Positions 25,675 through 37,162 of a stretch of DNA of 64,000 bases are shown one piece after another. Origin of the DNA: Kiloniellales bacterium (GTDB taxonomy: Bacteria; Pseudomonadota; Alphaproteobacteria; Kiloniellales; JAKSDN01); assembly GCA_050330055.1 (NCBI GenBank), contig JBHJOF010000282.1, forward strand, positions 8,769 to 72,768, given 5' to 3'. The notes below the pieces were generated by a model. It did no database searches, had not been told where the DNA came from, and saw nothing but the letters and a program-made list of their open reading frames with translations. Position 1 is the stretch's first letter. Each line of letters begins with the position of its first letter. Made by a program: the position numbers and the translations under genes.

Positions 25675-26664
25675 CTACTGGTGAATCCGTCCCTCGGGGC
25701 GGAAGGCGTGGAACACGAAGGCGAAGGTCAGGTCGTAGACCACGTCCACCGGGCCGTCCGCACCCTGGCGCTGCACCGTCACGTTGCCGATGTCGCGCCC
25801 TTCGGCGATCACGTTGTGGTCGAGCGCCGAAGTGGCGCCCGGCTCCCAGCGCAGCACGAGGTCGCCGTCGCGGAGCTCCTCCTTCTCCCGCAACAGATCG
25901 AGCGGCCAGGCCTGGTCGCCGACGGCGACGACGTAGGCGAGCGGCGCGATTCCTTCCGGCACGCTGCCGTCATAGAGGAAGGGGCGCGGCGCACTGTCGT
26001 AGCCGGCATAGGGATTTCGGCCGTAGGGGCGCATCTCGGGATTGCCCGGCAGCAGTACCCGGCCCGTGGGATGGCGCACGGCGAAGCGTTCCCAGCCCTC
26101 AATGCGCGACGGTAGCATGGCGAGCCGCGCGCCGGTCAGCTCGCCGACGATGGCTTCGCCGAGGAACTGTTGCCACCAGCTCTCGGTGGTGCGGTCGTAC
26201 ATCACCAGATCCGAGTGGCGCAACTTGCCGGTGGTGCCGAAATCCAGCACACGGTCATCCAGGCGCCGGTCGAACACGATGGCGGAATTGCACAGCGGAC
26301 AGTAGGTGACGGCGACCGGCACGCCGCCGACCGTGTCGTTGACGATCTCGTGCCAGATCAGGACCTGCAGCGGATAGGCGCGGGCATCGCCATTGACGAC
26401 CAGGCCGATCACCGGCTCGCGCGGCGCCAGGCTCTGCATCTCCGCAACGGTGGCGAAGACCGGGTCGTCGATCGACGGAATGCCGTCCTTCGGCGGGCCG
26501 CCGCTCCGGATCTCATCGAGATCGACCGCGTGCTGGCTGAAATCGGTGCTCGGCCACTCGGCACGCCAGCTTGCCGGTGCGTCATCCGAGGCCGCGGCTG
26601 TGGTCCCGCTCGCCAGCAGCAGGGCAACGAGCCCTCCGATCCAGACTCTTGCCGTTCCACGCAT
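25675..26664 (-). CDS. DUF3179 domain-containing secreted protein
   Basis: Signal peptide, then PKDGIPSIDDPVF...YPLQVLIWHEIVND...VTYCPLCNSAIVFDR, typical of DUF3179. Confidence 0.8.
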   Translation of the reverse strand: MRGTARVWIGGLVALLLASGTTAAASDDAPASWRAEWPSTDFSQHAVDLDEIRSGGPPKDGIPSIDDPVFATVAEMQSLAPREPVIGLVVNGDARAYPLQVLIWHEIVNDTVGGVPVAVTYCPLCNSAIVFDRRLDDRVLDFGTTGKLRHSDLVMYDRTTESWWQQFLGEAIVGELTGARLAMLPSRIEGWERFAVRHPTGRVLLPGNPEMRPYGRNPYAGYDSAPRPFLYDGSVPEGIAPLAYVVAVGDQAWPLDLLREKEELRDGDLVLRWEPGATSALDHNVIAEGRDIGNVTVQRQGADGPVDVVYDLTFAFVFHAFRPEGRIHQ

Positions 26665-26734
26665 GGATCAAGCTTCGGCGCTCAATCGCCGTCGCGCGAA
26701 TCACGATCGCTTGAGAGCCGCGCGATCAGCGCGC

Positions 26735-28045
26735 TTATTTGGTCGCGCCTTCGCCCGTCAGACGATCCAGATAGGGCGCCAGCGCCATCACCACCGCGTC
26801 GAGCACGCCCGCCTCGGCCTCGGCGTAGCGGCGGGCCGCCTCGCCCCGGTGCTGCCGCTCGGACTCGTCTGCCAGCAGGCCGGCGCCCGCCTCGGCCAGC
26901 GCGTGCCGATCGGCGACGCGCTGCAACACGCCGGCCGCCGTCATCTCCTGGCAGACCCGCACGAAGTTGCTGCAGTGCGGGCCGAACAGGACGGCGCGGC
27001 CGAGCCGGGCCGGCTCGATCGGATTCTGGCCGCCCTTGGGCACCAGCGATCCGCCGACGAAGACCACCGGCGCCAGGCGATACCACAGGCCGAGTTCGCC
27101 GATGCTGTCGGCGATATAGACGTCCGCCTCGGCGCCCGGAGTCTCGCCGCGGCTGCGGAGGGCGGCCTTCAGGCCGCTGGCTGCCAGCTCTTCAGCGATC
27201 ACCGGGCCGCGGTCGGGATGGCGCGGCGCGATCACTGTCAAGAGGCCGCGAAAGCGGCTGCGCAGCGCCTGCTGCACGGCGCCGGCAATGGCCTCCTCGC
27301 CCGGATGGGTCGAGGCGGCGAGCCAGAGCGGGCGCCCCCGCCACAGCGCCGTGAAGCGCGCCAGCTCGTCCGCATCGCAGCCCAGTGGCGGGCCGGCGAA
27401 CTTCAGGTTGCCGAGGCAGCGCGCCCGCTCGGCGCCCAGCGCCTGGAAGTGGGCCAGGTCCTCGGGCGAGCGGGCAAAGATCTCAGCGAACTGTGCCAGC
27501 AGCAGACGGATCGCCGGCGGAAAGCGGCGCCAGGCCTTGGCCGAGGCCGCCGACATGCGGCCGTTGATCAGCAGCAGCACGCAACCCTGCTGCCGCGCAG
27601 TCAGCAGCAGGTTGGGCCAGAGCTCGGATTCGACCAGCAGGCCGAGCGACGGCCGCCAATGGGCCAGGAAGCGCCGCGCCGCGGCCGGCAGGTCGACCGG
27701 GCTGTACTGGTGGATCACCTCCGGCGGCAGGCGCTCGACCAGCAGTCGGGCCGAGGTCACGGTGCAGCTGGTCATGAGCACGGCGAGCGTCGGCCAGCCG
27801 GCGCGGATGCGCTCCAGCAGGGGCAGCACCGATAGCGACTCGCCGACGCTGGCGGCATGCAGCCAGAGCAGCGGCCCTTCCGGTCGCGCAACGCTCGCGA
27901 GGCCGAAGCGTTCGTCCAGCCGCGTCGCGTCCTCGCGTCCGCGGGCGCAGCGCCGCGCCAGGTGGCGGCGTACCAGCGGCACCCCAAGCCGGCCCACAAG
28001 CCGATAGAGGGCGAAGCCCGCGCGCGCCGCCGAAGCCCGGATCAT
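26735..28045 (-). CDS. waaA: 3-deoxy-D-manno-octulosonic acid (Kdo) transferase
   Basis: 436 aa. Motifs LWLHAASVGESLSVLPLLERIR and GGSLVPKGGQNPIEPA. The start overlaps the upstream glycosyltransferase stop (ATGA at 28042-28045). Confidence 0.9.
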   Translation of the reverse strand: MIRASAARAGFALYRLVGRLGVPLVRRHLARRCARGREDATRLDERFGLASVARPEGPLLWLHAASVGESLSVLPLLERIRAGWPTLAVLMTSCTVTSARLLVERLPPEVIHQYSPVDLPAAARRFLAHWRPSLGLLVESELWPNLLLTARQQGCVLLLINGRMSAASAKAWRRFPPAIRLLLAQFAEIFARSPEDLAHFQALGAERARCLGNLKFAGPPLGCDADELARFTALWRGRPLWLAASTHPGEEAIAGAVQQALRSRFRGLLTVIAPRHPDRGPVIAEELAASGLKAALRSRGETPGAEADVYIADSIGELGLWYRLAPVVFVGGSLVPKGGQNPIEPARLGRAVLFGPHCSNFVRVCQEMTAAGVLQRVADRHALAEAGAGLLADESERQHRGEAARRYAEAEAGVLDAVVMALAPYLDRLTGEGATK

Positions 28046-29238
28046 GTCCTCTGCCTGTCCGCCACGATCGGCGGCGCGTCCCGGGTCGCCGCAAGCGGTC
28101 GGCCTGCCAGCACCGCCTCATAGAGCCCTTCATAGTCGGCGACGCAGGCTTCAAGAGAGAAGCGCTCGACCACGCGGCGGCGCCCCGCCCGTCCCATCGC
28201 GGCACGGACCTCGCGATCGCGCGCCAGCGCCAGGATCGCCTGGCCCAGCGCCACCGGGGCGTGCGGCGGCACCAGGCTGCCGGTCACGCCCTCCTCGATG
28301 GCCTCGGCGCAGCCGCCGACCCGTGTCGCAACCACCGGCAGGCCGGCCGCCATGGCTTCGAGCGCCGCATTGGGAAAGCTCTCCTCGTGCGAGGCGAGGA
28401 TCGCAATGTCGCTCGCGGCGAGCAGCGCGGCGACGTCGCCCCGCTCGCCCAGCCAATGCACGTGCCCGGTGAGGCCGGCTGCTTCGGCCTGCGCGTTCAG
28501 GCCGGCGCCCATGCCCTCGTCGCGCCCGGCGACCAAGAGGTCCCAGCGTGCCGGCAGCTGCCCGGCAATGCCGGCCAGGGCCTGCAGCAGGTCGGCGTGG
28601 CCCTTGTAGGGCAGCAGCGTGGCGACGATCAGCAGCACCAGGCCGTCGGGCGTAAGCCCGAGCGCCGACCGGGCGGCGGCGCGATCACCTCTGGCGAAGG
28701 CGGCCGTGTCGATGCCGTTGTGGATCAGCGCCAGCCGCTCCTGCGGTGCGCCCTCGCTGGCGAGCTGATCGACCGCGGCCTGGCTGTTGCCGACCAGCGC
28801 CGTCATGGCGCGGTGCATCAGGTGCTCCAGGCGGCGGCTGATCGGCCTGTTGTCCTGATAGACATTGAGGCTGCGCCGGCTCATGACGCAGCACCGGCGG
28901 GCGGCGAGCAGTGCCGCCAGGCCGCCGACCAGATAGGCCTCGGGCAGAAGGAAATGCACCAGGTCGGGGCGCTGCCGCATCAGGTGCCACCATAGCCAGG
29001 GCAGGGCGACCAGGGCGTTGGCCTGGCCCGAGAATGCTGCCGGCGCCGGCATGACCGGGATGTCCTGATCGCGCAGGGCCTGGTCGAGCGGGCCCGCGCC
29101 GCGGGTCGTCATCACCTCGATGCGGAAGCGCGCACGGTCCAGCTTTGGCAGGACGGCGACCAGATGGCGCTCGGTGCCGCCCACGGTGAGCTTGGGAACG
29201 ACGATGACAATCCGGCGCGGGGTTGGGGGTCGTGGCAT
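28042..29238 (-). CDS. Glycosyltransferase family 4 (group 1)
   Basis: VPKLTVGGTERH N-terminal motif and the C-terminal SHEESFPNAALEAMAAGLPVVATRVGG (EX7E). I prefer the ATG at 29238 to the ORF-track start at 29289. Confidence 0.8.
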   Translation of the reverse strand: MPRPPTPRRIVIVVPKLTVGGTERHLVAVLPKLDRARFRIEVMTTRGAGPLDQALRDQDIPVMPAPAAFSGQANALVALPWLWWHLMRQRPDLVHFLLPEAYLVGGLAALLAARRCCVMSRRSLNVYQDNRPISRRLEHLMHRAMTALVGNSQAAVDQLASEGAPQERLALIHNGIDTAAFARGDRAAARSALGLTPDGLVLLIVATLLPYKGHADLLQALAGIAGQLPARWDLLVAGRDEGMGAGLNAQAEAAGLTGHVHWLGERGDVAALLAASDIAILASHEESFPNAALEAMAAGLPVVATRVGGCAEAIEEGVTGSLVPPHAPVALGQAILALARDREVRAAMGRAGRRRVVERFSLEACVADYEGLYEAVLAGRPLAATRDAPPIVADRQRT

Positions 29239-29431
29239 TACGGGCGCGGCCTTGAGCGGGGGCCTGCGCGGGCCCCATTCATGTTGCACGACAATCGCTC
29301 AAGAGATGCCGCCTGGACCATTCAATCAGTGGCGCGATACCGCAGCCAATGGCTGCCCGATCGCGTCTTCCTCCCCAAGCCTATGGTCTAGAACAAATTA
29401 TCGCGGGGAGCAAAGGCCCAGCAGCCGCGGC

Positions 29432-30799
29432 CTAGGCCTTGGCCACCTTGTCGGCAGCGAGTCCCAGGCGGGCCATGACGTTGCGGCTGTCGACGATGAG
29501 CCGCCCATGCTCGCCTAGCAGGCGGTAGTCGACGCCGTCGTGATCGGTGCAGATCAGCACTGCGTCATAGCCTGCGAGGCTCTCGGCCGACCAGGGAACG
29601 CTGCGCCGTCCGCCCAGATCAGGGTGCTCGCGGGTCACCGGGATCTCGGGGATGTGGGGGTCGTGGTAGTCGACCGTCGCGCCGCGCTCCTCGATCAGCT
29701 CCATGATCCTGAGCCCGGGGCTCTCGCGGATGTCGTCGACGTTCTTCTTGTAGGCCATGCCGGCCAGCAGCACCCGGGCGCCTGAGAGCGCGCGCCCGGC
29801 GCGCGTCTCGAGCGCCTGAGACAGACGATTCACCACGTAGCCCGGCATGGCGGTGTTGATCTCGCCGGCCAGCTCGATGAAGCGGGTCTCGATGTCGAAC
29901 TGGCGCGCGCGCCAGGTGAGATAGAAGGGGTCTATCGGGATGCAGTGCCCGCCCAGGCCCGGCCCCGGATAGAAGGGCATGAAGCCGAAGGGTTTGGTCT
30001 TGGCCGCCTCGATCACCTCCCAAACGTCGATGCCCATGGCCTCGTAGACCAGCTTCAGCTCGTTGACGAGCGCGATGTTGACGGCGCGGAAGATGTTCTC
30101 GGTCAGCTTCACTGCCTCGGCGGTGGCGGCCGAGGAAACCGGCACCACCTTGACCACCACCTGGCCGTAGAGCGTGGCCGCCAACTCCTGCGCTGCCGCG
30201 CCGTCGCCGCCCACCACCTTGGGGATCGAGGCGGTGGCGAACTGCGGGTTGCCGGGGTCCTCGCGTTCCGGCGAGTAGGCCAGGAAGAAGTCGCGGCCGG
30301 ATTGGAGGCCGCCCTGCTCAAGGATCGGCCGCACCCGGTCGGTCGTGGTGCCGGGGTAGGTGGTCGATTCCAGCACCACCAGCTGCCCGGGCCTGAGCGC
30401 CTTGGCGATCGCCTCTGCGGTCTGCTCGACGAAGCTGAGGTCCGGCTCGCGCCCGGCGGCTAGCGGCGTCGGCACGCAGATCAGGATCGCGTCGGCCTCG
30501 GCCAGGCGCGCGAAGTCGCTGGTGCCGGCAAAGCGTCCCGAGTCATTGAGCGCACGGATCGAGGCCGCCGGGATGTGCTCGATGTAGCTCTCGCCCCTGG
30601 CGAGCTGCTCGACTTTGTGCGGGTCGACGTCGAAGCCCATGACCGGAAAGCCACGTGCCCAGAAGACCTGCACCAGCGGCAGCCCGACGTAGCCCAGCCC
30701 GATCACCGCGACCCGCGCCTCGTGAGCGTGGATGCGGGCGAGGAGGCTGTCCTTCAGGTCCGCCTGCTGACTGTCTGCGGTTGCCGGGCGGTCGTTCAT
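29432..30799 (-). CDS. Nucleotide-sugar dehydrogenase (UDP-glucose/GDP-mannose dehydrogenase family, TviB/WbpA-like)
   Basis: VAVIGLGYVGLPL Rossmann motif and the catalytic-Cys region GPGLGGHCIPIDP. The start is ATG 30799 or TTG 30832. Confidence 0.85.
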   Translation of the reverse strand: MNDRPATADSQQADLKDSLLARIHAHEARVAVIGLGYVGLPLVQVFWARGFPVMGFDVDPHKVEQLARGESYIEHIPAASIRALNDSGRFAGTSDFARLAEADAILICVPTPLAAGREPDLSFVEQTAEAIAKALRPGQLVVLESTTYPGTTTDRVRPILEQGGLQSGRDFFLAYSPEREDPGNPQFATASIPKVVGGDGAAAQELAATLYGQVVVKVVPVSSAATAEAVKLTENIFRAVNIALVNELKLVYEAMGIDVWEVIEAAKTKPFGFMPFYPGPGLGGHCIPIDPFYLTWRARQFDIETRFIELAGEINTAMPGYVVNRLSQALETRAGRALSGARVLLAGMAYKKNVDDIRESPGLRIMELIEERGATVDYHDPHIPEIPVTREHPDLGGRRSVPWSAESLAGYDAVLICTDHDGVDYRLLGEHGRLIVDSRNVMARLGLAADKVAKA

Positions 30800-31191
30800 G
30801 GGCGTGGTCTGCTGAGCAAGCTGTCGGGCCAAGGGAACGGCCGGACCCTACGGCGGGGTAGGGAACCAGGCAAGTGGGATTGGCGCTGTTTTGGGATGGC
30901 CTCTTGCCGGCTGATCCCGTACGCCTGCGCGGCCCGGCGCGGCGCCTATCAGACCGCTTCGTGGCGGACATCGCGGAACGAGACCAGCCGCCGCCCTCCG
31001 CTGTCGCGCCTGCGAATGGCCTTGCGCAGATCGGCCCTCGGCGGAAGGGCTTTGTCTCGCCGCGGTCAGAGTCCAGCTTGAAGGTGAAAGAGGATGAAGT
31101 GCCGGACGATTCCCGTACGTCCAGGCAAGGAGCCGCCACTCATGGCGAGCGGCGGCCCTGATGCCGGCTAAGCGGTCGTGACCGCAGCCTG

Positions 31192-31401
31192 TTAGGCGAG
31201 CTCGATCGTACCGACAGCAATCTTGCCGCTGCGCGCGTCGTTCTGCGTATCGAACTTCACCTTCTGGCCTTCACGCAGCCCGGAGATGCCGGCGCGCTCC
31301 AGCGCCGTGGCATGGACGAAGACGTCCTTCTGGCCGTTGTCCGGCTGGATGAAGCCGTAGCCGCGCTGGTCGTTGTAGAACTTTACGGTGCCCGTGTTCA
31401 T
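31192..31401 (-). CDS. cspA: Cold-shock protein (CspA family)
   Basis: The 69-aa MNTGTVKFYNDQRGYGFIQPDNGQKDVFVHATALE... carries RNP-1 (GYGFI) and RNP-2 (VFVH) motifs. The upstream extension in the ORF track is not CSD-like. Confidence 0.95.
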   Translation of the reverse strand: MNTGTVKFYNDQRGYGFIQPDNGQKDVFVHATALERAGISGLREGQKVKFDTQNDARSGKIAVGTIELA

Positions 31402-31596
31402 GGAAAATCCTTTCACTAACGGTCTGCACAGGGGCCTTGGCGCACGGGAATCATGGCCGCGGGCCCGGTTTCGTTGATTTTGGTGAGAAAGTCTGAAGCG
31501 TGCGCGCCAGTCAGTGACAAGGCGAGTAGGCCCAGTCATTCGGCCAATATCGACCCCATCGACATAGGCGCTGGGCCAGGCAATTGCAAGCGCAAA

Positions 31597-31630
31597 CGGC
31601 GCCGTGCGGCACAACGGCCACACGGCGCCG
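31597..31630 (-). terminator. Terminator candidate downstream of the TPR gene
   Basis: Perfect 10-bp inverted repeat, CGGCGCCGTG (31597-31606) and CACGGCGCCG (31621-31630). On the minus strand it is followed by TTTGCG. It lies 16 nt after the stop at 31646. Confidence 0.45.
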
Positions 31631-31645
31631 GGGCGTGAGCCAGGA

Positions 31646-33385
31646 CTACAGCTTCGACAGCTCGAGCAGATCGCGCGGGCCGATCCAGGCCTGGGCCAGG
31701 GCGGCCTCGCTCGCCTTGGCGCCGGCCGCGTCGCCCATCGCCTTCTGCGCCTCGCTCAGGCCGTAGAGGGCCCAGCCGTTGTTGGGGACGCGCTTCAGGC
31801 TGGCCTCGAAGGCCTCGGCCGCCGCCTCGGGCCGGCCGGCCTGCAGCAGCGCCGCGCCCAGCGACTGGCGCACCGGGTAGTACCAGAAGGGCGGCTCCAT
31901 GTAGGGCATCAGGTCCTCGATCAGCGCCGCCTTCTTGAACTGCTCGACGGCGCCGTCGAAGTCGGCCTGCTGCTGCGCGATGCGCCCCAGCACCACATGG
32001 TGTGCGATCTCCAGCAGCTGGTCGCCGGGCACGTAGTTCTCGACCATGAAGGAGAGGTCCGCGTTGGTGGCGATCTCGTAGACCGCGTTCGCCTCGTCGG
32101 TCGCCAGCTTCGCCTCGCCCTTGGCCGCGTAGGCGACGCCGCGGGCGTAGTGCCAGGCACCCTTGATGTAGGGGAACCTGTCGCCGGGATCGGCCAGGGC
32201 CAGCACGCTGTCGGGGTCGCTGTACTGGGCGTGGGCGAAGTAGGGCGCGGCCTTGATCGGCTGGACCCAGGCCACCGTGCTGGCGATCTCGTCGTCGATC
32301 ACCCCGGCCAGCTTCTCGGCGAACTCGATCGTGGTCTCGCCGTCGCCCGCCATCTGCGCCGAGGTCAGCACGAAGTGCACGTTGTGCGGATAGTAGCCGC
32401 CACGATAGATGCTCTCGTCCTCGACCTCGGCGAAGAAGGCCTCGTCGGCGACGACGGCGTCCTTGTTGGCCTTGATCGAGTCGACGTAGCGGCCGACGCG
32501 GACATAGATGTGGCTCGGCATGTGCACGATGTGGCCGGCGCCAGGCATCTGCGCCGCCAGTCGGTCGGCGTAGGGCTCGGCCCGCTCCGGCGCGTCCGAG
32601 GCCTCGACCATGTGGATGTAGAGGTGGATGGCGCCGGGATGGTCCGGGCTGGCTTCGAGCACCTCCTCCAGCAGCGCGATCATCTCCTCGGTGCGGCCCT
32701 TTGCGGTGGTGCTGCCGTCGTCGTTGAACGCCCAGTAATCCCAGGGCTGGGTGTCCATCAGGGCCTCGGCGGTCAGCACGGCGATGTCGAGATCGTCCGG
32801 GAAGTGCGCGGCGACCGCGACCATGGCTTCGGCATAGGCCATGTCGAGCGCCGGCCGCTCGGCCTGTGGGTCGCTCGAATAGCGCGCCGCCAGCGCGTCG
32901 ATCAGCGCGCGCTCCTTGGCGCTGGCATGGGCCGCCTCCTTGGCCTTGCCCAGGGCGAGCAGCGCCGGCCCGAGGGCATCCGGGCTCATCGGCGCATTGA
33001 TGTTCGGGCCGAGCACCAGCGCCTCGCCCCAGTAGCAGAGGGCGCAGTCGCGATCGAGCCGCTGCGCGTGGCGGAAGGCGCGGCGCGCCTCGGCGTGGTT
33101 GAAGCCGTAGGCCAGCCGCAGGCCCTGATCGAAGTAGGCCTGCGCCTCCGGGCTGCTGGTGGTGACCGGATAGTGCAGGTCGCCGAGATTGTCCCACAGC
33201 GGCGGCGCCTCATCGGTGAGCGCGGCCGTCTGCCACTGCCCGATCGACGAGGTCAGGAAGGGACCCATGCCCTTCTGCCCATTGCCACAGAACGACTGAC
33301 CGAACGCTGCGCCGGCCATCAGGCTCAGGGCTCCCGCAATCGCGGTCGTGCCGGCGAGCCCGGTCCACAGGCTGCGAAGAGTCAT
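31646..33385 (-). CDS. Secreted TPR-repeat protein
   Basis: ATG at 33385 is preceded by AAGGAGG. Signal peptide MTLRSLWTGLAGTTAIAGALSLMAGAAFG. Repeated A/Y/G-rich helical TPR-like segments (AQAYFDQGLRLAYGFNHAEARRAF...). Confidence 0.7.
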   Translation of the reverse strand: MTLRSLWTGLAGTTAIAGALSLMAGAAFGQSFCGNGQKGMGPFLTSSIGQWQTAALTDEAPPLWDNLGDLHYPVTTSSPEAQAYFDQGLRLAYGFNHAEARRAFRHAQRLDRDCALCYWGEALVLGPNINAPMSPDALGPALLALGKAKEAAHASAKERALIDALAARYSSDPQAERPALDMAYAEAMVAVAAHFPDDLDIAVLTAEALMDTQPWDYWAFNDDGSTTAKGRTEEMIALLEEVLEASPDHPGAIHLYIHMVEASDAPERAEPYADRLAAQMPGAGHIVHMPSHIYVRVGRYVDSIKANKDAVVADEAFFAEVEDESIYRGGYYPHNVHFVLTSAQMAGDGETTIEFAEKLAGVIDDEIASTVAWVQPIKAAPYFAHAQYSDPDSVLALADPGDRFPYIKGAWHYARGVAYAAKGEAKLATDEANAVYEIATNADLSFMVENYVPGDQLLEIAHHVVLGRIAQQQADFDGAVEQFKKAALIEDLMPYMEPPFWYYPVRQSLGAALLQAGRPEAAAEAFEASLKRVPNNGWALYGLSEAQKAMGDAAGAKASEAALAQAWIGPRDLLELSKL

Positions 33386-33691
33386 GACAATAAACCTCCT
33401 TTCTGCAAATCGCTGGAAGAGACGGCGAGCGCCTCGCCAGGCCGGCCCAAGCGTGACCGGCAAGGCGACCTGCGGTTTTGAGTCCGCGCCCGCGATATCT
33501 CGCTGATGTCCTCGTGCGGCTGGATTGCCTGGCGTGCGGCAAGGGCGCGCACGCTGCGGATTGCTGAACGGCAACTCCGGCCGACGAGCAATAGTCGCAC
33601 AGCGCGCGGCCGAACGCGATCGGTGTCGAGTTTCGCTGGAGTTTTACTTGTTTCGATAGCGTTTCATGCGTGGATGGCGGCACGCCGTCGC

Positions 33692-34663
33692 TCAGCTCGA
33701 CAGCGTTCCTTGCTCGGCCCGCCACCGCGCCACCATGCGCCCCAGCTCGACCTCGCGCGGCGTCGTTGCCTGTTGTCCCAGCAGCCGCACGGCCTTGGCG
33801 TTGTCGATACGGAAATCGCCGCAGAGCCGCTCCAAAACTGCAGTGCGGCCGGTGACGCCGAGCAGAAGGGCCAGGGCGCCGGGCGGCAGTGTCAGGAAGC
33901 GGGCCTGCCGGCCCATGGCGGCGCAGAGCTCGCCGTAGAGCGTGCCGGTCGAGATCGGCTCGCCGTCGCTGATCAGGAAGGTCTCGCCGGCCGCCTCGGG
34001 GCGCGCGAGCGCGGCGGCGATGAAGCGGCAAAGGTTCGTGAGTCCGATCAGGTCGCGTCGGTTGCTCCGCACGGCGCTTGGCAGCGGCCGGCCCGCTGCC
34101 GCCCAGCCCATCAGCCGCGCCAGGTTGCCCTTGACGCCGGGCCCATAGACCAGCGGCGGCCGCAGGACGGTCAGCGCCAGTCCTTCGCGCGCCGCGAGCG
34201 CGCGCAGGGAGGTTTCCGCTGTCGCCTTGGAAGAGGCGTAGCGGGTCTGCGGCGCCGGCGGGCTCTCCTCGGTGAAAGGCGCGCCGCGGCTGGCGGTGCC
34301 GTGGACCGTGGCCGAGCTGACGAAGAGGAAGCGGCCGACGCCCTCGGCGGCGGCCTGGCGCGCCAGCGCCACCGGCAGCTCGACGTTGGCGCGGGTCAGG
34401 CGCTGGCGGTTCTCCGGCGTGTCGGGCAGGTCGCTGTGGGCGATGCCGGCCAGGTGCACCACCGCCTCGGCGCCCCGCCAGGCCGCCGCCGGCAGCGGCT
34501 CCAGGCGGTCCAGGTCGGCCCGATGCCAGCTCGCCAGCGGCGCCAGCCGCTCCGGCGGCGCCTGGCGCGACACGGCGATCACGCTGTCGCCCTGCTCGGC
34601 CAGGACGGACAGCAGGCCGGCGCCGACGAAGCCGCGCGCCCCGGTGACCAGGATCCGGCTCAT
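33692..34663 (-). CDS. NAD-dependent epimerase/dehydratase (SDR, UDP-hexose 4-epimerase-like)
   Basis: MSRILVTGARGFVGAGL (GxxGxxG) and catalytic YASSK. The ORF track fuses it to an upstream non-genic frame (33692..35878). Confidence 0.85.
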   Translation of the reverse strand: MSRILVTGARGFVGAGLLSVLAEQGDSVIAVSRQAPPERLAPLASWHRADLDRLEPLPAAAWRGAEAVVHLAGIAHSDLPDTPENRQRLTRANVELPVALARQAAAEGVGRFLFVSSATVHGTASRGAPFTEESPPAPQTRYASSKATAETSLRALAAREGLALTVLRPPLVYGPGVKGNLARLMGWAAAGRPLPSAVRSNRRDLIGLTNLCRFIAAALARPEAAGETFLISDGEPISTGTLYGELCAAMGRQARFLTLPPGALALLLGVTGRTAVLERLCGDFRIDNAKAVRLLGQQATTPREVELGRMVARWRAEQGTLSS

Positions 34664-35796
34664 GGCAGCAGGTCCCGGTAAAGGGCCAGGGTCTCGGCGT
34701 TGACCCTGTCGAGGCCGAACGCGGCCTCGGCGATCGCGCGCCCGCGCGCACCCATCTGGCGGCGCAGCGCCGGATCCTCGATCAGCCGGCGCAGCGCTGC
34801 GGCCAGGGCGTCTGGGTTCTCCGGCGGCACCAGGATGCCGTTCTCGCCGTCGCGGGCGATGCTGCGGCAGCCCGGGGTATCGGTGGTGACCAGCGGCCGC
34901 CCGGCGGCGGCGCCCTCGATCAGGCTCTTCGGTACGCCCTCGCCGTAGCTGCTCGGCAGGCAGACGATGTGGCTCCCGGCCAGCAGGGCCGGCATGTCGT
35001 CCTCGCAGCCGAGCCACTCGACCACGCCCTCGCGGGCCCAGTCGGCGAGCTGCGCCGGCGGGATCGCCGCCGGGTTGCCCGGGTCGCTGTCGCCGGCCAG
35101 GAGGAAGCGGGCGGCGACGCCCTCGGCGCGCAGCCGCCGCGCCGCCTCGACGAGGATTGCGACGCCTTTCTTCCAGATCATGCGGCTCGCCAGCAGCACC
35201 GCGACCGGCCCGTCCGGCTCGGGCTGCGGCGTTATCCGCTGCAGGTCGACGCCGGAGCCGGCGATCAGCACCAGGCGCTGGCGTGCCGCGCCAGCCGCCG
35301 CCAAGCGCTCCAGGTCGTCCGGGTTCTGCAGGATCACGCGCGCCCGCGGACCGGCCAGCAGCGGCAGCAGCCGTTGGAAGCCCCAGCGCAGCAGGCGGCT
35401 CCGCAGGCCGCTGTCGCTGAAGACGTGGCCGAGCCCGGCGATGGCGAAGACCCGCGCCGGCACGCCGGCGAGCGCCGCCGCCAGGCCGCCGATCACCGTG
35501 GCCTTGAGCGCCACGCAGTGCACCAGCCGCGGGCGCAGCCGGCGCAGCAGGGACCAGGTGGCGATGACGGCGCCGAGCTCGCGGTCGGGACGCAGGCCGG
35601 CGCGGCTCAGCGGCAGGCTGTGCGCGGCGAAGCCGGCCGCCTCGATGTCGCGCTGCCTGGGGCCGGGCGCCGTTGCCACCGCGACCTGCCAGCCGGCCGT
35701 CCGCGCCGCCTCGGCCAACGCCAGGCGATGCGACAGGAAATAGCCGGCGTCGTTGACGATGAAGAGCAGCAGGCCGCTGGCGCTTGCCGGGCTCAT
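34660..35796 (-). CDS. Glycosyltransferase family 4 (group 1)
   Basis: LLLFIVNDAGYFLSHRL N-terminus and C-terminal PSSYGEGVPKSLIEGAAAGRPLVTTD (EX7E). The stop overlaps the epimerase start (ATGA). Confidence 0.8.
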   Translation of the reverse strand: MSPASASGLLLFIVNDAGYFLSHRLALAEAARTAGWQVAVATAPGPRQRDIEAAGFAAHSLPLSRAGLRPDRELGAVIATWSLLRRLRPRLVHCVALKATVIGGLAAALAGVPARVFAIAGLGHVFSDSGLRSRLLRWGFQRLLPLLAGPRARVILQNPDDLERLAAAGAARQRLVLIAGSGVDLQRITPQPEPDGPVAVLLASRMIWKKGVAILVEAARRLRAEGVAARFLLAGDSDPGNPAAIPPAQLADWAREGVVEWLGCEDDMPALLAGSHIVCLPSSYGEGVPKSLIEGAAAGRPLVTTDTPGCRSIARDGENGILVPPENPDALAAALRRLIEDPALRRQMGARGRAIAEAAFGLDRVNAETLALYRDLLP

Positions 35797-36181
35797 GCGC
35801 TCTGGCGTGGTTCGACGGGGCGCCGTGCGCGCTGCTGCAGCAGCAGAGCGAAGCGAGAGGCGGCGTAGACCGTTGCAAAGGACATCGCCATTGTCGCGCT
35901 CGTGACCTCTGCTGGGTTGCGGCGGATACCGCGTCTGCCGTCGGAATGAAACAAAACCACCGGTGCTTGTCACGCGCCGATTGCGGCCTGTGGCGGGGGC
36001 GGCGCCCGCCTCTGTCGGACCCCCCCCTTGGGCGAGCAAGCCGCCCCAGTGGCGGCCCCGCGGCGGCCCGGGAGGCGGACCTTGTCGTTCTTCCTTGAGG
36101 CGCCGCGTCCCGGCGGATATATCAGCCGGGCCCGTCACCGGGCCCCGATCACCAAGCCCCTGTCATCAACTTGGCCAGCGC

Positions 36182-37162
<981 letters not shown>

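Noticed and set aside
26170-28205. Plus- and minus-strand ORFs of 240-480 aa overlapping waaA
   Set aside because: They are shadow frames of the Kdo transferase gene, which has the diagnostic HAASVGE motif.
31536-33481. Two very long ORFs (553 aa minus, 625 aa plus) overlapping the TPR gene
   Set aside because: Their translations are monotonous Arg/Gly/Ala/Pro strings. The 31646..33385 frame has a signal peptide, a strong SD and TPR-like repeats.
33692-35878. 728-aa ORF suggesting a giant fusion protein
   Set aside because: Only the last 323 aa (from MSRILVTGARGFVG) are SDR-like. The upstream part is a shadow frame of the GT4 gene, which reads in another frame (34660..35796).
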